The notes below the pieces were generated by a model. That model saw only the letters and a program-made list of their open reading frames with translations, did no database searches and was not told the origin of the DNA. A DNA stretch of 64,000 nt from Candidatus Sungiibacteriota bacterium (lineage in GTDB: Bacteria; Patescibacteriota; Minisyncoccia; Sungbacterales; HO2-52-23), in contig CP066690.1 of assembly GCA_016432465.1 (NCBI GenBank), positions 526,823-590,822 of the forward strand, read 5' to 3'. The translations under genes were made by a program, and so were the position numbers. The number at the start of each line of letters is the position of its first letter. Positions within the stretch are counted from its first letter, which is position 1. Of the stretch, positions 50,999 to 60,489 are shown piece by piece.

Positions 50999-53029
50999 TT
51001 AAGAAGTTTTCTCCTCGTTACTTTTTCTAGGGTCTTTCCAAGATGCGTACTCACAGGCGGGATACCGCGAACAGCCGTAAAAAACTTTTCCACGTTTTGT
51101 CCGTCGTATAACCATGTCGCCAACGCTGCACTTGGGGCACTTCAGGTCAAGTTTTTCCGGCTCCGCATTGGTTTTTAGCGATTTTGTATTTTTGCATTCC
51201 GGAAAACCGGAACAGGCCAAAAATTTTCCAAAGCGCGAGAGTTTTACCACCATGGCTTTTCCACAGCGTTCGCAAACCTCATCAGTGGTTTCCTGCACCT
51301 CGTGTTTTTTAACTGTTTTGTATTTTTCTTCCAAGTGTTTAGCAAATGGATCATAAAACTCTTGCACCACCGGTCGCCATTCTTTTTCACCAGTAGCAAC
51401 TTCGTCCAGTTCTTCTTCCATTTTGGCCGTAAATTGCACATCAACAATTTCGGGAAAGTGCTCGACCAGGAGATCGTTTACCAAAAAGCCGGTGTCAGTC
51501 GGTCTAAGATATCTTTTTTCATGGCGCTCCACATATCCGCGTTCCTGTATGGTAGAGATAATGGGCGCATAAGTTGAAGGACGGCCAATGCCGTATTTTT
51601 CCAGAGTTTTGACGAGTGAAGCTTCAGTAAAACGAGCAGGCGGCTGGGTGAAATGCTGTAGTGGCTTTAGTTCCACCAAGCCAAGTCTCTCTTCCGGTTT
51701 TAGTTCGGGCAGTGTTACCTCGGCGAATTTTATCGGATATATTTTAAGAAATCCGTCAAACCTCATTACTTGACCAGTCGTGCGGAAAAAATGTTCCAGT
51801 GCGGCCTCTACATCTATAGTCGTGCTGTCAAAAACCGCGGGAGGCATCTGGCTGGCCACAAATCTTCTCCAGATAAGGCCGTAAAGTTTATACTGCCGTA
51901 CGTCCAGAAAATTATTTACTGACTCGGGTGTCCGCCAAGGGTCTGTGGGGCGTATGGCTTCATGCGCCTCCTGCGCCCCCTTGGTTTTGGTTAGAAAGCG
52001 CCGCGGAGAGGGCGTGGTGTAGCTTTCCCCGACTTCTTTTTTAAGAAAATCGTGGGCCGCGTTAAGAGATTCTTCAGAAAGATTTACAGAGTCAGTTCTC
52101 ATGTAGGTTATCAGACCAACCGCTCCTTCTCCCAGCTCTACTCCTTCGTAAAGCTGTTGGGCAACACGCATGGTTTGTTTAGCGGAAAATCCAAGCCTTC
52201 GGAAAGCATCTTGCTGTAGGGTAGAAGTGGTGAAGGGCGGCATGGGGTTTCTGGAGACAGCGCGTTTCTCCACATTTTTTACTACCCATTCTCCATTCTC
52301 CAGACTTTTAACAATTTTTTCTGCCGCCTCCTTATTTTTTACGGCAAATTTTTGCAGAGTTTCATCTTTGATTTTAAAAAGTGCGGCACTGAAGCGTTCT
52401 TTATTTCCGGTTTCAAGCAGTGCTTCAACCGACCAGTACTCGTCCGGCTTAAAGTTATGGATCTCCCGCTCTCGTTCAGCAATGAAGCGTACCGCCACCG
52501 ACTGCACCCTGCCGGCTGAAAGTCCCCGGTATACCTTTTTCCACAAAAAAGGAGAAAGTTTATAACCCACCAGCCGGTCAAGAACCCTGCGTGCCTGTTG
52601 TGCATCAACCAACTTCATATTAATATTTCCCGGTTTTTTTAATGCGTCTTCAATGGCTCGCTTGGTAATTTCATGGAACACTATACGTTCAGTTTTTAGG
52701 TTTTTATTTTTTATTTTTAATTTAGCAAGTTCAAGCGCTTGTGTAAGGTGCCAGGCAATGGCTTCTCCTTCGCGGTCTTCGTCGGTTGCCAAGATAATTT
52801 TTTCTGCTTCAGCGGCCTCTGTTTTTAATTTTTTCACGTTGGGGGCCGCTTTTCTCGGAATCACATACTGCGGTTCAAAGTTGTGGTCTACGTCTACGCC
52901 AAGTTTTGAAACTGGCAGGTCGCGGACATGACCAAAACTTGATTCAACTACAAAATCGCTCCCGAGAAAGCGGGAGATGGTATGAGCCTTGGTGGGGGAC
53001 TCTACTATGACAAGCTTATTGGCCATCAA
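50999..53029 (-). CDS. topA: DNA topoisomerase I
   Basis: Toprim N-terminus LVIVESPTKAHTISRFLG. Active-site region. C-terminal C4 zinc ribbons. Confidence 0.9.
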   Translation of the reverse strand: MMANKLVIVESPTKAHTISRFLGSDFVVESSFGHVRDLPVSKLGVDVDHNFEPQYVIPRKAAPNVKKLKTEAAEAEKIILATDEDREGEAIAWHLTQALELAKLKIKNKNLKTERIVFHEITKRAIEDALKKPGNINMKLVDAQQARRVLDRLVGYKLSPFLWKKVYRGLSAGRVQSVAVRFIAEREREIHNFKPDEYWSVEALLETGNKERFSAALFKIKDETLQKFAVKNKEAAEKIVKSLENGEWVVKNVEKRAVSRNPMPPFTTSTLQQDAFRRLGFSAKQTMRVAQQLYEGVELGEGAVGLITYMRTDSVNLSEESLNAAHDFLKKEVGESYTTPSPRRFLTKTKGAQEAHEAIRPTDPWRTPESVNNFLDVRQYKLYGLIWRRFVASQMPPAVFDSTTIDVEAALEHFFRTTGQVMRFDGFLKIYPIKFAEVTLPELKPEERLGLVELKPLQHFTQPPARFTEASLVKTLEKYGIGRPSTYAPIISTIQERGYVERHEKRYLRPTDTGFLVNDLLVEHFPEIVDVQFTAKMEEELDEVATGEKEWRPVVQEFYDPFAKHLEEKYKTVKKHEVQETTDEVCERCGKAMVVKLSRFGKFLACSGFPECKNTKSLKTNAEPEKLDLKCPKCSVGDMVIRRTKRGKVFYGCSRYPACEYASWKDPRKSNEEKTS

Positions 53030-54126
53030 ACCATTTTTTGGTAAGTGTCGCCGCCGAGATTTTTTATAAACCCTTTAAGTTCCAGTAGAGAAAGCGAGGC
53101 CACAATGGCGGCGGTATCTAAACCGATTTTTTCTTTTATAAAATCTACGCTCTGCGGCTCTTCCAAAAGTTCAAGAATAATACTTTCGCGTTCTTCCAGC
53201 AAACCCCGCGGTTTGCCTTCTTTATTATCATTATACCCCATTCCGTACTCTTCCAAAATATCTTGGGCCGAGGCGACAATTTTGGCCCCCTCTTTAATAA
53301 GCGCATGCGGACCCGCAGAGGTTAAAGAAAAAACAGATCCGGGTACAGCAAAGACGTCACGGTTTTGCTCAAGCGCGAGTCTGGCCGTGATCAGTGCCCC
53401 CGATTTTTCACGCGCTTCCACCACCACTACCCCCCGGGAAAGGCCGGAGATTATGCGGTTGCGCATAGGGAAATGTTCTTTTACAGCAGGCGTGCCGGGA
53501 GAGTACTCGCTAATAACCGCTCCTCCGGCCTCTGCTATTCTTCGTGCCAGCCCAATGTTTTCCGGAGGGAATATGGAGTTGGGGTCAAGACCAGAGCCAA
53601 GCACCGCAATAGTAACGCCTCTGGCATCTAAGGTTGCCTCGTGGGCCCTGGAGTCAATTCCCGTAGCAAGTCCGCTGACAGTCACAACACCCGAAACCGC
53701 AAGTTCATGCACGATTTTTTCTGTCGCTTCTAATCCGTAGGTAGTGGGACGCCTGGTGCCGACCACCGCCAAATAAAGACTTTCTTTTTTAAGGATGTTT
53801 GGTACGCCGCGTCCGTAAAGCATTACTGGAGGATTTGGTATCTCTTTTAATATTGAGGGGTACTCTGGCTGGTCATCGGTAAAAACCCAGATTTCTTCCT
53901 TGACCAATCGCTCCATTTCTTTATCCGGGTTTATAGAGGGACGCTTCCAGGGAATAGAGCGTAAAGCCAACGTCGGCAGACCTGCGGATTCTAGGTCCTT
54001 TCCCTCCGCCCGCCAAGCCGCTTCGTAAGAGCCGAACTTATTTTTTAGCATACGTAAAGTTGCCGCCCCAATGTTGGGTATGGAATTTAGGGCATTCAAA
54101 AACTTTAAGTCGCGGCTGTTGGGCAT
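53026..54126 (-). CDS. dprA: DNA processing protein DprA (Smf)
   Basis: Rossmann-like DprA core GLATGIDSRAHEATL...VVVEA..SGALITA. Confidence 0.85.
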   Translation of the reverse strand: MPNSRDLKFLNALNSIPNIGAATLRMLKNKFGSYEAAWRAEGKDLESAGLPTLALRSIPWKRPSINPDKEMERLVKEEIWVFTDDQPEYPSILKEIPNPPVMLYGRGVPNILKKESLYLAVVGTRRPTTYGLEATEKIVHELAVSGVVTVSGLATGIDSRAHEATLDARGVTIAVLGSGLDPNSIFPPENIGLARRIAEAGGAVISEYSPGTPAVKEHFPMRNRIISGLSRGVVVVEAREKSGALITARLALEQNRDVFAVPGSVFSLTSAGPHALIKEGAKIVASAQDILEEYGMGYNDNKEGKPRGLLEERESIILELLEEPQSVDFIKEKIGLDTAAIVASLSLLELKGFIKNLGGDTYQKMV

Positions 54127-54202
54127 AATATTTTTCTACAATACTTTTCTTTGCAAAGCAAATAGGTTAAAGTAAAAGCCAAACCACAGAGGAGGAAACG
54201 TC

Positions 54203-54727
54203 GTGTCCGTGAAAGAGCGAAACCCCCTTTATGATGCCGCACGGAGGGGACCGCCAGTAGCAATAGCTCTTTTCATTTTACTACTATTTGTAATCGCACT
54301 GGCCTCAATTGGGTTTCAGTATTATAAGTATTGGCCTCGCCACGGAACCTCCTACTACGTTCATCCTGTCGGCATACCCATTTATAATATGAGCAATGTT
54401 AAGATTAGTTGGGAAGAATGGACCAGCATGGTTAAAACCGTAGATAAGTCTTTGGAAACTCTTAAATCGTGTCTTGGGGTCGCAGATATGCTGGACGAAG
54501 ACAAACTTCTTAGCGTTTCTATTATAGTACTGCCCCCGGAGACCATAACCCATTTTAAAGAAGCAGTAGAAGGATTTATCGGCCTAAAGTATATTTTTAT
54601 TCGTCGGGATCTTTTTGACGAGTCTCGTTTGGTCCACGAATGGCTGCATGCTTATTTTTTCCTGGCCTATCGCTGGAGAAGCAATTTATTTCATCAGAGT
54701 CCTTTATTTAAAAAGTGTGGTCAATAA
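54203..54727 (+). CDS. hypothetical membrane-anchored protein with HExxH motif (putative minimal zinc metallopeptidase)
   Basis: N-terminal TM. LVHEWLHAYF contains HEWLH. Confidence 0.45.
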   Translation: MSVKERNPLYDAARRGPPVAIALFILLLFVIALASIGFQYYKYWPRHGTSYYVHPVGIPIYNMSNVKISWEEWTSMVKTVDKSLETLKSCLGVADMLDEDKLLSVSIIVLPPETITHFKEAVEGFIGLKYIFIRRDLFDESRLVHEWLHAYFFLAYRWRSNLFHQSPLFKKCGQ

Positions 54728-54820
54728 TATATGTCCCGCCTTGACGGGGCATTTGATTTCTTGCGTTAAAAAGCGTAAGGTCAGATAAGATCGTTACCAC
54801 TTTTTAGTGAGGCGAATCTC

Positions 54821-56023
54821 ATGGCAGGAAAGAAGGGGTATGCCTATTATCGTAGTCTTGAAGAGGATCCCTCTTTGCACGAAAGGCATCGGGAAGTCAT
54901 CAGGGTGGTTAATCTGTTATTAAACGGCTTGAGGGCGGTGATTGTAGGAAGGGAACTAGAGCGTGTTGCCACTTCTGTGGTGGTTGGTCTTTTTTCAGTC
55001 AGCGACTCCAAACCGGCGATGACTCACGTTAAACTTCGGCAGGAAGGGGATGAGCTTGTAAAAGAAACAGTTTTCTCCGAAGGTATCGTAGTTTCCGGAA
55101 ATATCCTTTTGACTGGTCCTCCGGGTGGCGGTAAAACTTATCTGGCAGAGACTCTGGCTTCGTTAAGCGGTCTCTCCCTTGCTTTTGTGCAGATGACACC
55201 AGACCTTACGCCGCAGGACCTTATTGTTACTGATGTGCTGGAGGGAGATAAGGTATTCACGTACTATGGCCCTGTTTTCAGACACATACTTCTGGCTGAT
55301 GAAATTAACCGCGCTACCCCCAAAACCCAGTCGGCTTTAATTCAGCGTATGTCAAGCGGCGCAGTAACTTTCAACAAGGATGGTAAAAATATTACCAAAG
55401 TACTTCCTACACCCTGTTTTACCATAGCTAGCCGGAACCCCATTGAACAGGAAGGGACCTATCCTTTGCCCGAAGCACAGCTTGATCGATTTCTTTATCA
55501 CGTTTACTTTTCTCTTCCTTCGCGTCAAACCCTGGAGGATGTTGCCCGCTTTGTTCCGGGACAGCGCGATATGGCCCTGCAGCCAGTGACAGAGGAGGAC
55601 GACATTTTAAAATCCAGAGATTTTATTGCGCGAGAAATAGAAGTTCCGGAGAAAATGATAAAGTATATGGCGCGGCTTATAGAAGCAACCTACAGTCCGT
55701 TGGATCATGGACTTTTTCCGGAGTTAAAGGAGAAGTTGGCCGGAGAGCCGTTGCTGTCACTTCCCCCGAACTCCAGAGCCATTTTGCATCTTCGCAACTC
55801 TTCGCAGACCCTGGCTTGTATTGCCGGAGAACGCGTGGTCGGGCCGTATAACATCAAGAAGCGTTTTTACGAAGCCGTAAACCATCGTTTTGTAATTAAC
55901 CCCCGGGTGCGGGGACTGCTCATGGAGTATGGCGGGCCAGAGCGCTTTTTAAGGATTTTGATAAAAGGTGATCCGGATAAGCGCCAGCACGGTCTTTTGG
56001 ATGTTATACCCATTGAGGAGTAA
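54821..56023 (+). CDS. MoxR-like AAA+ ATPase
   Basis: Walker A GPPGGGKT. Walker B LLADEINRATPKTQSALIQRM (AAA_3 family). Confidence 0.85.
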   Translation: MAGKKGYAYYRSLEEDPSLHERHREVIRVVNLLLNGLRAVIVGRELERVATSVVVGLFSVSDSKPAMTHVKLRQEGDELVKETVFSEGIVVSGNILLTGPPGGGKTYLAETLASLSGLSLAFVQMTPDLTPQDLIVTDVLEGDKVFTYYGPVFRHILLADEINRATPKTQSALIQRMSSGAVTFNKDGKNITKVLPTPCFTIASRNPIEQEGTYPLPEAQLDRFLYHVYFSLPSRQTLEDVARFVPGQRDMALQPVTEEDDILKSRDFIAREIEVPEKMIKYMARLIEATYSPLDHGLFPELKEKLAGEPLLSLPPNSRAILHLRNSSQTLACIAGERVVGPYNIKKRFYEAVNHRFVINPRVRGLLMEYGGPERFLRILIKGDPDKRQHGLLDVIPIEE

Positions 56024-56031
56024 GAGGAACC

Positions 56032-56970
56032 ATGAACGGTTTTTGCCGTGAGATGTTTTTGCGCTCACTGCAGGAATTTGAGTTAAGCGAACCAGCCTTT
56101 CGCGTCTGGACCCTTACTTTTGGTGAACACCGCAGCAAGCAAATTGGAGAAGGAATAGAATTTAAAGAGTACCGACCCTACGAGCCCGGACACGATGTAC
56201 GCGCAATTGATATTGCAGCCACCTTAAGAACCGGTAAGACTCTGATGCGGATTAATTTAACCGAAGAAAAAGTTCGTTATGTTATAGTTTTTGATGATTC
56301 TCCGTCTCTTAATTATTATGGAATGCGCGAGGCGGCTCTGCTGGCTCTTGGATGCTATGCCCTCTCGGCCGTAAAAGAACGTGATCCGTTGCGCTTGGCC
56401 GTGGTAAACGGCGATAAACAAAAAATTTTTTCCGAGCCGCTTTACACCGCAGAAGAAGTAATACCTTTTCTTTTACGCCTCTGGGATGAACCCGGCAGAA
56501 TTTCAGGACAAGCAACTTCCCTGACAAGATTTTCCGGGGAAGTCATGCGTCTGCCGCAGCTTGTCAACACCCGCGTTTTATTTGTTTCAGATTTTCTTTT
56601 CTCCGACGCCGGAGTCAAGTTTACGCGCAGGGGCGAGGCGCACCTTGAGGGCTATGGAGCGTTAAAACAGTTTACGGCCAGTGTTATTTCTTCGGGTGAG
56701 TCAACCGATCTTGCGTTTCTTGGAGTTGCCCCCTGTTGGAAAGAGTTTTTGGACCTGCGCGGGTTTGTGCCATTTACAGATTCGGAGGACCAAAGCAGGG
56801 GTCTGGTGCGGTTTACCAGAAAAAATACTAAGAAGTTTACGGATCGCGGCCGGAAGTTGGAAGAGCTCTGGAAAAGGACCGCGCTTGCGCTTAACATACC
56901 CATGGTCTGGATTCACGCCGGTGGTCCAGATGTGATTTTAAACGAACTGGCAAGACTATATACACCATAA
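56032..56970 (+). CDS. DUF58 family protein (MoxR-associated, VWA-like)
   Basis: FKEYRPYEPGHDVRAIDI signature. Positioned immediately after the moxR-like gene. Confidence 0.75.
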   Translation: MNGFCREMFLRSLQEFELSEPAFRVWTLTFGEHRSKQIGEGIEFKEYRPYEPGHDVRAIDIAATLRTGKTLMRINLTEEKVRYVIVFDDSPSLNYYGMREAALLALGCYALSAVKERDPLRLAVVNGDKQKIFSEPLYTAEEVIPFLLRLWDEPGRISGQATSLTRFSGEVMRLPQLVNTRVLFVSDFLFSDAGVKFTRRGEAHLEGYGALKQFTASVISSGESTDLAFLGVAPCWKEFLDLRGFVPFTDSEDQSRGLVRFTRKNTKKFTDRGRKLEELWKRTALALNIPMVWIHAGGPDVILNELARLYTP

Positions 56971-57018
56971 ATTTACTCCGCCACGAGGTGGAGTATTTTT
57001 GTTAAAGCGTGTGTATAC

Positions 57019-57048
57019 TTGACAATATGGTGCTTTCTGTGCTAAGAT
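57019..57048 (+). promoter_or_regulatory. sigma70-like promoter (TTGACA -18nt- TAAGAT)
   Basis: TTGACA at 57019-57024. Followed by SD AAGGAGAAG and ATG at 57085. Confidence 0.5.
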
Positions 57049-57084
57049 GCTAACAGTTCCATCGTCGCTTCACAAGGAGAAGCA

Positions 57085-57309
57085 ATGCCGCCTGAAAAAG
57101 AGCTTGTTTGCGGAGAGTTTGATAGAGTTGAATATCTTGAAAATCATACCATCTTTTATTTCAAAGAGGGTCAAACTTTTGTTTTTAAGGGTCTTATAAG
57201 TTCGTCGTACGTACGGGGAGAGATTTTGTCGGTGGTTGGTAATCCAGATAATCCTAGAATAGTATCTAATGGAATGGGCTGTATGATCTTCGGTGGAGGT
57301 TGTATATAG
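57085..57309 (+). CDS. small protein (74 aa), hypothetical, C-terminus NGMGCMIFGGGCI
   Basis: Strong promoter and SD. Terminator downstream. Confidence 0.5.
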   Translation: MPPEKELVCGEFDRVEYLENHTIFYFKEGQTFVFKGLISSSYVRGEILSVVGNPDNPRIVSNGMGCMIFGGGCI

Positions 57310-57350
57310 TGGCACGGTATATCTAGCCTGTGTTCTCGTTCTTCTTTTCC

Positions 57351-57385
57351 AGCATAGCCATCAAGATAGGATGGCTATTTTTTAT
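57351..57385 (+). terminator. rho-independent terminator
   Basis: ATAGCCATC-aagata-GGATGGCTAT + TTTTTATTC. Confidence 0.6.
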
Positions 57386-57555
57386 TCTTACGCCCCATGA
57401 CCCATGACACTTTTGCTTTTTCAATAACCAACCGCAGGGATTTTCCCCCGGCCTCCGTAGCTTTATGCGAAGGAGGCTTTATTTTAAGCCGTTTTTCAAT
57501 CTGTGAATACTTCGAATTGGTCATTTTATAGAAAATGTCATGGTGATTCAAAAAC

Positions 57556-57585
57556 TTGACAAATGCTATACTTTCATGCTATACT
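57556..57585 (+). promoter_or_regulatory. sigma70-like promoter (TTGACA -18nt- TATACT)
   Basis: Followed by SD AGGAGGTG and ATG at 57630. Confidence 0.5.
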
Positions 57586-57629
57586 TTAGGCAGTATTCCA
57601 GTTAGTACAACCTTAACAGGAGGTGGGCC

Positions 57630-57830
57630 ATGGCCAGCGAGATGACGGAGCACGGAGAGGTGTTCAAGTGCGAATCGGGGAACTTCGTGGGGTTCGGCGG
57701 ATCCTCATCGCTTGCCAAGATTCTCTTGGCCGCAGAGAAGGAATTTCCTGGCGTACTCCCTGAAAACCTGGAAGTCTACTGCACTGATGACCGCGACCTC
57801 TACCTCGCTCCCAAGAGCAAGTCCAAGTGA
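57630..57830 (+). CDS. small protein (66 aa), hypothetical, GC-rich coding sequence
   Basis: Strong SD. Clearly GC-richer than surroundings. Terminator hairpin overlaps the stop codon. Confidence 0.5.
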   Translation: MASEMTEHGEVFKCESGNFVGFGGSSSLAKILLAAEKEFPGVLPENLEVYCTDDRDLYLAPKSKSK

Positions 57831-57850
57831 CTTGCTCTTCTTTTTTATTC
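57816..57850 (+). terminator. rho-independent terminator
   Basis: AGAGCAAGT-ccaagtg-ACTTGCTCT + TCTTTTTTATTCC. Confidence 0.55.
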
Positions 57851-57974
57851 CTCTACGCCCCATGACATCTCTTATACTTATTCCAGTGACAAAAATACCC
57901 TGCGGATTTGTCGCATTGATTTTTATGTTCAAGTATTGTACTATAAATTAGGTTGTCTTACCGAAGTGTGGCTT

Positions 57975-58556
57975 ATGCGTAAATCCGTTCTGGTCTGGAG
58001 TATGGCAACTGTAATACTGATTGTGTTTCAGGCGTCGGCCCACGAAGATCACGTCTCTCCACTACCGAAAAGAGCCAACGAAACACTTAGCTGCACCGGG
58101 GGAGTCGCATTTGTTCCGGATACTGCCCGCGGCGAGGGAACAATCTTAGTGATCATCACAAATCGCGCTGACTACCGTCTTCGTTTGATGGGATCGGGAA
58201 TCTTTAAAGAATCTCCATCCCTTGATCCGCGTCACTGCTTAAAGCGCTTTATACATTTCGGTAAGCATAGGATTGCCCTTTCTGCTTTCCGACTTAAAAC
58301 CTACCCCTGGTTTAAATCGCTTGAGGAATGGTTTGACGTTGGCGGAGGGTTGGTTAGTCTCGCCACGCCTAATGTAGCGCAGGCAGTCGTATATGCCGAG
58401 ATCACGAACGAAGATATAGTTCTTTATTCCGTTGGTGAGCATCTGCGGAAAAACTGGTTCAAATATTTCAGCATTGCAAGCCTGTATTTACTTACGCTTC
58501 TCACGTTAGCCGGATTACTCGTAGTGACCCGGATCGTACTCAAACTTAAAGGATAG
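57975..58556 (+). CDS. secreted protein with C-terminal membrane anchor, hypothetical
   Basis: Signal peptide MRKSVLVWSMATVILIVFQASA. C-terminal TM IASLYLLTLLTLAGLLVV. Confidence 0.5.
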   Translation: MRKSVLVWSMATVILIVFQASAHEDHVSPLPKRANETLSCTGGVAFVPDTARGEGTILVIITNRADYRLRLMGSGIFKESPSLDPRHCLKRFIHFGKHRIALSAFRLKTYPWFKSLEEWFDVGGGLVSLATPNVAQAVVYAEITNEDIVLYSVGEHLRKNWFKYFSIASLYLLTLLTLAGLLVVTRIVLKLKG

Positions 58557-58730
58557 ACCAATTTTACCCCGTGATTCTTCACGTGGTATTTTAATAAGGT
58601 TCGTTTACCAAGACGGCATCAAAAAAGAACGGAAAACCCGTTCTTTTTTGATGGAAAAAACACTGATTGACAAGAGTACAAGATCAGGCTATACCATAGA
58701 GTAAGAACGTTGACATAAGAAAGGCAAGTC

Positions 58731-60488
58731 ATGCAGCATATCAGAAGTCCGGTTCGGATGCTGGTTTTGCTTTTTTTGCTTCTTCTTGTCCCCGGTATTG
58801 GTTTTGGTCAGGATGGTTCTGATTATGGCATGGCGGCCCCGTCCCCACCAACCCCGCCGTCCTACTACACGCCGGCTGACTTTTACTATCTTGATAAAGA
58901 AGGCCGCCGGGTAACATTGGAAGTTCACCCCGGTGCGGTTATGCTTTGGTTTCCGGATGGGAAAAGTGAATCTGATATTACAAAATCTCTCTCCGAGATC
59001 GCTAACATGTTTCCACAAACGCAGATTGGGGTAGAGAAAATTCTTTTGCCGTTGGGGGTAAAGGAACTCAAGCGGATTTTTTTCAGTCGCACAGTATATG
59101 TTCTGCAGTTTTCGTCTCCGGTAAACATTATTTCGGCGTTGAATCTTCTTGCGACCCGGCAGGAGTTGATAGACGTTGCCCCTATAGTTTATCACGAGGA
59201 TAGCTGGACTTTTCCGTCAGGTGTGTGGGCGCGTACTAAACCTCTGGCCAAGAAACAACTGGATGCTTTGCTAGTGCAAATTAGTGCTTTTGGTTACTCA
59301 TCGCTACGTGCTACTAGGCCCGTTGATTCCGGTTGGCCAAACCGTCTTGAATACTTTAGCCGCGCTTTTTACTTCAAGGGAGAACCAATAAATCCCCTGC
59401 GTTTTAGCCGGTTGCTGGCCGAAGATATTAAGATTCTTTGGTCCGTGCCTGATTTTACTCCGCTTGTTCCGTGGATACGGATACGCTGCGAGGTTACGCG
59501 GCCCTCCGGAACCATTAACGACCCCTTTGTTTTTGGATGCGGAATTAAGTTTGATCCCAAGCGCATCAAGATAGATGTAGATCAGTTGAAGAAACTTAGC
59601 GGTATAAATCTTAAACCCGAATCAGTGCTGCCGGGTCTTTTCCGTACCGAGGCACCAGTAGTTATTGAAAGTCCGGGCGAAATAACCCTGAAAATTTCTT
59701 TCCGCGTATATCAGCCCAGCGAAAAACGTGTAGGAAATTTAAGCATCACTACTTTTGACTTGGGAAGTTTGCCCATTTACTACGCCATGGTGGGCGCGCC
59801 CCCCAACCTTCCTCCGCAGATAATCAACACCACCATGCTGCCTATTAGGATCTCGGCGTTGGTTCCGCGCGATAACGACGGTAATCCAACGGTGACCGAT
59901 ATTCTTGGTTGGAAGCGGATACCGGTAAGTGAGGCATTGTTACCCATCAAGCCGGAAAAATCAGTTTATTCCCAAACCGATCTGCGTTACTGGGCCTCAC
60001 TTTTTAAGGAGTATAGTCCCAAGGCCTCTTTGAGGATGCGTCAAGCGGGCGGCGGAATCGTGATTTTGGTAGTTACGATGGTGCTCGCCACCGTGTCGCT
60101 AAAAACGATCAAGGCTAGTTTGCGGCGCAGGAAATATCCTTATCAACGGTTTCGTAGGGAGCTTGCAAGGATCCGTTCGGTATCTTATATCTGTTCATTA
60201 ACCATTGAGGAACAGCATAAGGTGTTACTGTTGGCTAAATCTGTCCTGCGTTCACTCCTGAATCAGCCCCAAGGGAAAACCGATTCGGAACTGTTGCAGG
60301 AAAGTCCGGAGCCTGTTCGGGAACTGGTTGATAAAATCTTGTCTATACTCAACAACAGACACGAGGGGCAGGTTCTTCTTTCAGAAGAAATAGAGGAGAT
60401 GGCGGGCCTCTTTAGAAAACTTCTCTGGGACATGCGGGTGGTTAGACTTTGGGGTAAATTATCTAAAATGGTCCGGAAGGGGGTCTGA
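58731..60488 (+). CDS. large exported protein with C-proximal TM helix (BatD-like topology), hypothetical
   Basis: Signal peptide. About 440-aa extracytoplasmic domain. TM GGGIVILVVTMVLATVSL. Cytoplasmic tail. Confidence 0.5.
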   Translation: MQHIRSPVRMLVLLFLLLLVPGIGFGQDGSDYGMAAPSPPTPPSYYTPADFYYLDKEGRRVTLEVHPGAVMLWFPDGKSESDITKSLSEIANMFPQTQIGVEKILLPLGVKELKRIFFSRTVYVLQFSSPVNIISALNLLATRQELIDVAPIVYHEDSWTFPSGVWARTKPLAKKQLDALLVQISAFGYSSLRATRPVDSGWPNRLEYFSRAFYFKGEPINPLRFSRLLAEDIKILWSVPDFTPLVPWIRIRCEVTRPSGTINDPFVFGCGIKFDPKRIKIDVDQLKKLSGINLKPESVLPGLFRTEAPVVIESPGEITLKISFRVYQPSEKRVGNLSITTFDLGSLPIYYAMVGAPPNLPPQIINTTMLPIRISALVPRDNDGNPTVTDILGWKRIPVSEALLPIKPEKSVYSQTDLRYWASLFKEYSPKASLRMRQAGGGIVILVVTMVLATVSLKTIKASLRRRKYPYQRFRRELARIRSVSYICSLTIEEQHKVLLLAKSVLRSLLNQPQGKTDSELLQESPEPVRELVDKILSILNNRHEGQVLLSEEIEEMAGLFRKLLWDMRVVRLWGKLSKMVRKGV

Positions 60489-60489
60489 C

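Noticed and set aside
57070-57315. 81-aa minus-strand ORF
   Set aside because: It is exactly antisense to the small protein gene 57085-57309, which has a consensus promoter and SD. It has no expression signals of its own.
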